Source: Mytilus californianus | Lineage: Eukaryota | Length of the DNA stretch: 64,000 nucleotides | Assembly: GCF_021869535.1 (NCBI RefSeq) | Contig: NW_026262668.1 | Coordinates: forward strand, 930,001 to 994,000 | Direction of reading: 5' to 3' | In this document: in pieces, positions 62,301-64,000 of the stretch | How positions within the stretch are numbered: the first letter of the stretch is position 1 | Layout: each line of letters starts with the position of its first letter | Translations under genes and position numbers: made by a program | The notes under the pieces: model-generated | Seen by the model: the letters and a program-made list of their open reading frames with translations, nothing else | Told to the model about the DNA's origin: nothing | Databases searched by the model: none

Positions 62301-63846
62301 AATCAGATTGCTTCGCTTACAACGAAGTGTTGTCAGATACTTGAAAAAGTAAAGCGTGTATTTCAATCAGATTGCTTCGCTTACAACGAAGTGTTGTCAG
62401 ATACCTGTAAGTAAAGCGTGTATTTCAATCAGATTGCTTCGCTTACAACAAAGTGTTGTCAGATACCTGTAAGTAAAGCGTGTATTTCAATCAGATTGCT
62501 TCGCTTACAACGAAGTGTTGTCAGATACCTGTAAGTAAAGCGTGTATTTCAATCAGATTGCTTCGCTTACAACGAAGTGTTGTCAGATACCTGTAAGTAA
62601 AGCGTGTATTTCAATCAGATTGCTTCGCTTACAACGAAGTGTTGTCAGATACTTGTAAGTAGAGCATGTATTTCAATCAGATTGCTTCGCTTTCAACGAA
62701 GTGTTGTCAGATACTTGTAAGTAAAGCGTGTATTTCAATCAGATTGCAAATTTCCGCAGCATCTATTTCATTGAAAACTCTAAAAAAGAATTTACTCATG
62801 GTTTATTCATTTCCTGGGAAGTTTTAAAACTCTAGTTATATTAATAGCCTTGTGTAGGAATTTATCATTTGTGTGGAATATACGTCAAAGAGACACCAAC
62901 CCAACGACACACTTGGAATTAAAAAACATATATAGATGTAAAAAACTATAAAAATTATAAACAAGTGTCAAAATCTTGAGATATTATGATAATTGTTGGA
63001 AGTAAACAGATTAAGGATAATAAATCTAACACACAAAAAAACACCTCTTCAACGTTTGTATCCTCGTGCATCACTGAAGAAACATTGATTGTACAAAAAG
63101 ACTTAATAAATACTATACAATGGTTATTAAAAAAGTCCATGCTCACATTTGTTCGCCTCTTTTCGCAGAAAACTTATATTAAAACGATCACCATTTTACA
63201 GTTGGTATTTGCCAATCATTTAGTCTTGATTTGCACAATCAATCTATTAGTGACTGAAGTATGATGAATCATACAGTCGAAATATAAGTTGCTTCTTTTA
63301 TTTTGTGGACTTATATTTTCCTTTTCATCTTTTTTTTTTTGTTGTTTTTGATTGCACCATTGAAATATTCTTGCTATTTTACATGATTTTTTTTTTTCAT
63401 TGTGCACTATTTGTAGCAATCTAGAAATACTTTCTAAAAGAATAATACAATAAACTCAATATGGTATTAATATGGTGTTTGGGTCAAATTCAAGCACTCG
63501 CAAAATTCTGGCAAGGGTCGACACAATGAATATTTAGAAATTAAGTGTTTAAAGGAATTGTGTGTATAAAGCCCCCACTTCTTATCAACGAATTGATGTA
63601 AATAGAATGCCATATTTGGATTAAATTTTGCCTTTACAGATAATATCTACATTTTAGGTAAATGATTTTGCTGGTGGCTGCCATGATTGTAATTCACCAC
63701 ATTATGCAGGAGATGCAGTTGATCTGAAAAAGGATATGCTCAGAACAAGTGAATTCTGGGTAGAATGCCAGAAAATGGGAGGATGGTTCTTTGACGAGGG
63801 AGACAGTCTTCATTGTGATTTCAGAGCAAAGAAAGGAATCAGATGA
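47240..63846 (+). CDS. Secreted Gly/Ser-rich protein with a C-terminal M15/Hedgehog-N-like zinc peptidase domain (8-exon model, 722 aa)
   Basis: Exons 47240-47294 (signal peptide MATIVYLFSLLFIALSTNG), 48404-49648, 50471-50602, 50869-50925, 53346-53537, 60654-60843, 61159-61267 and 63658-63846. All introns are GT-AG with matching phases (1,1,1,1,1,2,0). Total 2169 nt, open from ATG to TGA. Linkage of the 5' and 3' halves is inferred from phase only. Confidence 0.65.
47941..48084. repeat. 30-bp minisatellite, about 5 copies (intron 1)
   Basis: tgcctaacttaacattagattcgagtattt repeats with period 30. Confidence 0.95.
48404..49648 (+). CDS. Gly/Ser/Phe-rich low-complexity exon (GSGSGSFGSGFG repeats)
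   Basis: 1245-nt open exon bounded by ctag| and G|GTGAGT. Gly and Ser codons are synonymously diversified, which argues for a coding sequence rather than a DNA satellite. Confidence 0.9.
50305..50357. repeat. (GA)n microsatellite
   Basis: About 26 GA units. Confidence 0.95.
52624..52722 (+). promoter_or_regulatory. Candidate internal TATA promoter and non-coding first exon
   Basis: TATATAAA at 52624-52631, Inr-like ATAGT about 30 nt downstream, ATG-free stretch, and donor AA|GTAAGT at 52717. The next acceptor (53346) is followed by aaaaatATGG. Confidence 0.35.
54515..55333 (-). CDS. BTB/POZ (T1-type) domain protein, KCTD7/KCTD14-like; nested antisense in intron 5 of the Gly/Ser-peptidase model
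   Basis: VKLNVGGRHFETRLETLRKYPESMLGAMFSGRY...YFIDRNGDYFEHILEFLRD...AVFREADYF. The C-terminus VPNYMEIKEKMIKEAR...KFIFLW* resembles the KCTD7/14 tail. Acceptor ttcatag|ATT at 55333. Possible tiny first exon ATG TCT|gtacat at 55732-55727. Minus-strand AATAAA at 54346-54341. Confidence 0.9.
   Translation of the reverse strand: MPVVVKLNVGGRHFETRLETLRKYPESMLGAMFSGRYELDVTDDGQYFIDRNGDYFEHILEFLRDSTYLPPKDFLSAVFREADYFALVELRDKIMKLPPIFPFCGDRPDPVPNYMEIKEKMIKEARDFVKATAHGQTIVYLLSLQEEEEPAPDYVYCSEKHHVLKIPAPIDDLDGLFPRDLNEIEGIQDDKAIEFIEDAPPVLLLKADNKDQALSVSNCLFYDLKKHGFDIKMENEICTSKGVFSEFGLKTKAFGEMGCKPCYQHSKFIFLW
56690..57500 (-). mobile_element. tRNA-derived SINE (V-SINE-like core) split by a MITE; partial copies at about 8545-8655 (+) and 27650-27760 (-)
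   Basis: The minus strand starts ggggctcggtggccgagtggtctaag (A-box), has gagttcgaaccc (B-box) and core ggttttctccgggcactccggcttcctcc, and ends gtggcgttaaaacacc...(aatc)n. Confidence 0.75.
56801..57343. mobile_element. 543-bp MITE with ~57-bp TIRs and 9-bp TSD (MULE-like)
   Basis: catcttcgctagccaagggt...cccttggcagatt at both ends, with a few mismatches. TSD is gaaaaccat / gaaaaccac (56792-56800 and 57344-57352). Confidence 0.85.
59805..59956. mobile_element. Short MITE of the CA(G/T)TGGCG(G/T)ATCC family
   Basis: cattggcgtatccagg ... ctggatccgcgcctg. Related half-elements at about 54100 and 58450. Confidence 0.5.
60654..63846 (+). CDS. Zn D-Ala-D-Ala peptidase (M15)/Hedgehog-N-like domain, three exons
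   Basis: Spliced sequence: AKALANCFNPLSYAMACQFVVDPRITLAQQHTDNHTDKATAMKSMTTWCVAPSNYFTKLPPRS|SYKCDKCPTMPAPGGYGCPSLTVMRYIEKLAANGPVT|VNDFAGGCHDCNSPHYAGDAVDLKKDMLRTSEFWVECQKMGGWFFDEGDSLHCDFRAKKGIR*. It contains SxHxxGxAxD (H-x6-D) and a downstream His. Confidence 0.85.
61286..62746. mobile_element. TIR element consisting almost entirely of a 62-bp tandem array (about 23 copies), with 10-bp TSD
   Basis: TSD caaatttccg at 61276-61285 and 62747-62756. 9-bp TIR caatctgat / atcagattg. Unit ttgcttcgcttacaacgaagtgttgtcagatac(t/c)tgtaagta(a/g)agcgtgtatttcaatcaga runs from 61316. Confidence 0.85.
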
Positions 63847-64000
63847 TTTTCAATCTTGTCTTCCTTATTTTTTATGTTTTCCCATTTCCAGTTGTATTAT
63901 ATTATTATTGTGTTACTCTGAAAGATATTATTCTGAAAATCGGTGCAACCTTTCAAGTGTAGATTAATAATTATTGAATGTCACTCTAATTTTTATGTTC

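Noticed and set aside
61316-62746. 62-bp array with internal hairpins as a CRISPR array
   Set aside because: Units are contiguous near-identical repeats with no unique spacers, there are no cas genes, the context is a eukaryotic intron, and the array is bounded by a TIR and TSD.

Overview
This is AT-rich, intron-containing eukaryotic DNA. The repeat families and gene style suggest a bivalve mollusc, probably Mytilus (inference, not database-checked). Four protein-coding genes can be spliced by hand with phase-consistent GT-AG introns. (1) The 3' five exons of an atypical soluble guanylate cyclase (+, 3128-9024). (2) A nodulin-like/MCH1-like MFS transporter (+, 39920-42712, with a candidate first exon about 22 kb upstream at 17934). 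(3) A KCTD7/14-like BTB gene (-, 54515-55333). (4) The most interesting locus: an 8-exon + strand model (47240-63846, 722 aa) joining a signal peptide, a ~415-aa Gly/Ser/Phe low-complexity region and short linker exons to a Cys-rich C-terminal zinc-peptidase domain of the M15/Hedgehog-N (LAS) type (H-x5-H-x6-D ... E-x4-H). Most of that domain is missing from the ORF track because it is split over three short exons. The KCTD gene lies antisense inside intron 5 of this model. The locus also shows a candidate 3-nt microexon, a candidate internal TATA promoter, and an intronic TE made of about 23 copies of a 62-bp unit that each carry CAG|6 nt|GTAAGT splice-like signals. The rest of the window is TE-rich: HINE/Helentron-like elements with internal satellites, MITEs with expanded minisatellites, a LINE RT relic interrupted by a hAT derivative, Penelope-like relics with a decayed hammerhead, SINEs, and an old tandem duplication whose first copy was inflated by insertions. 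No CRISPR, rRNA or intact tRNA gene was found.
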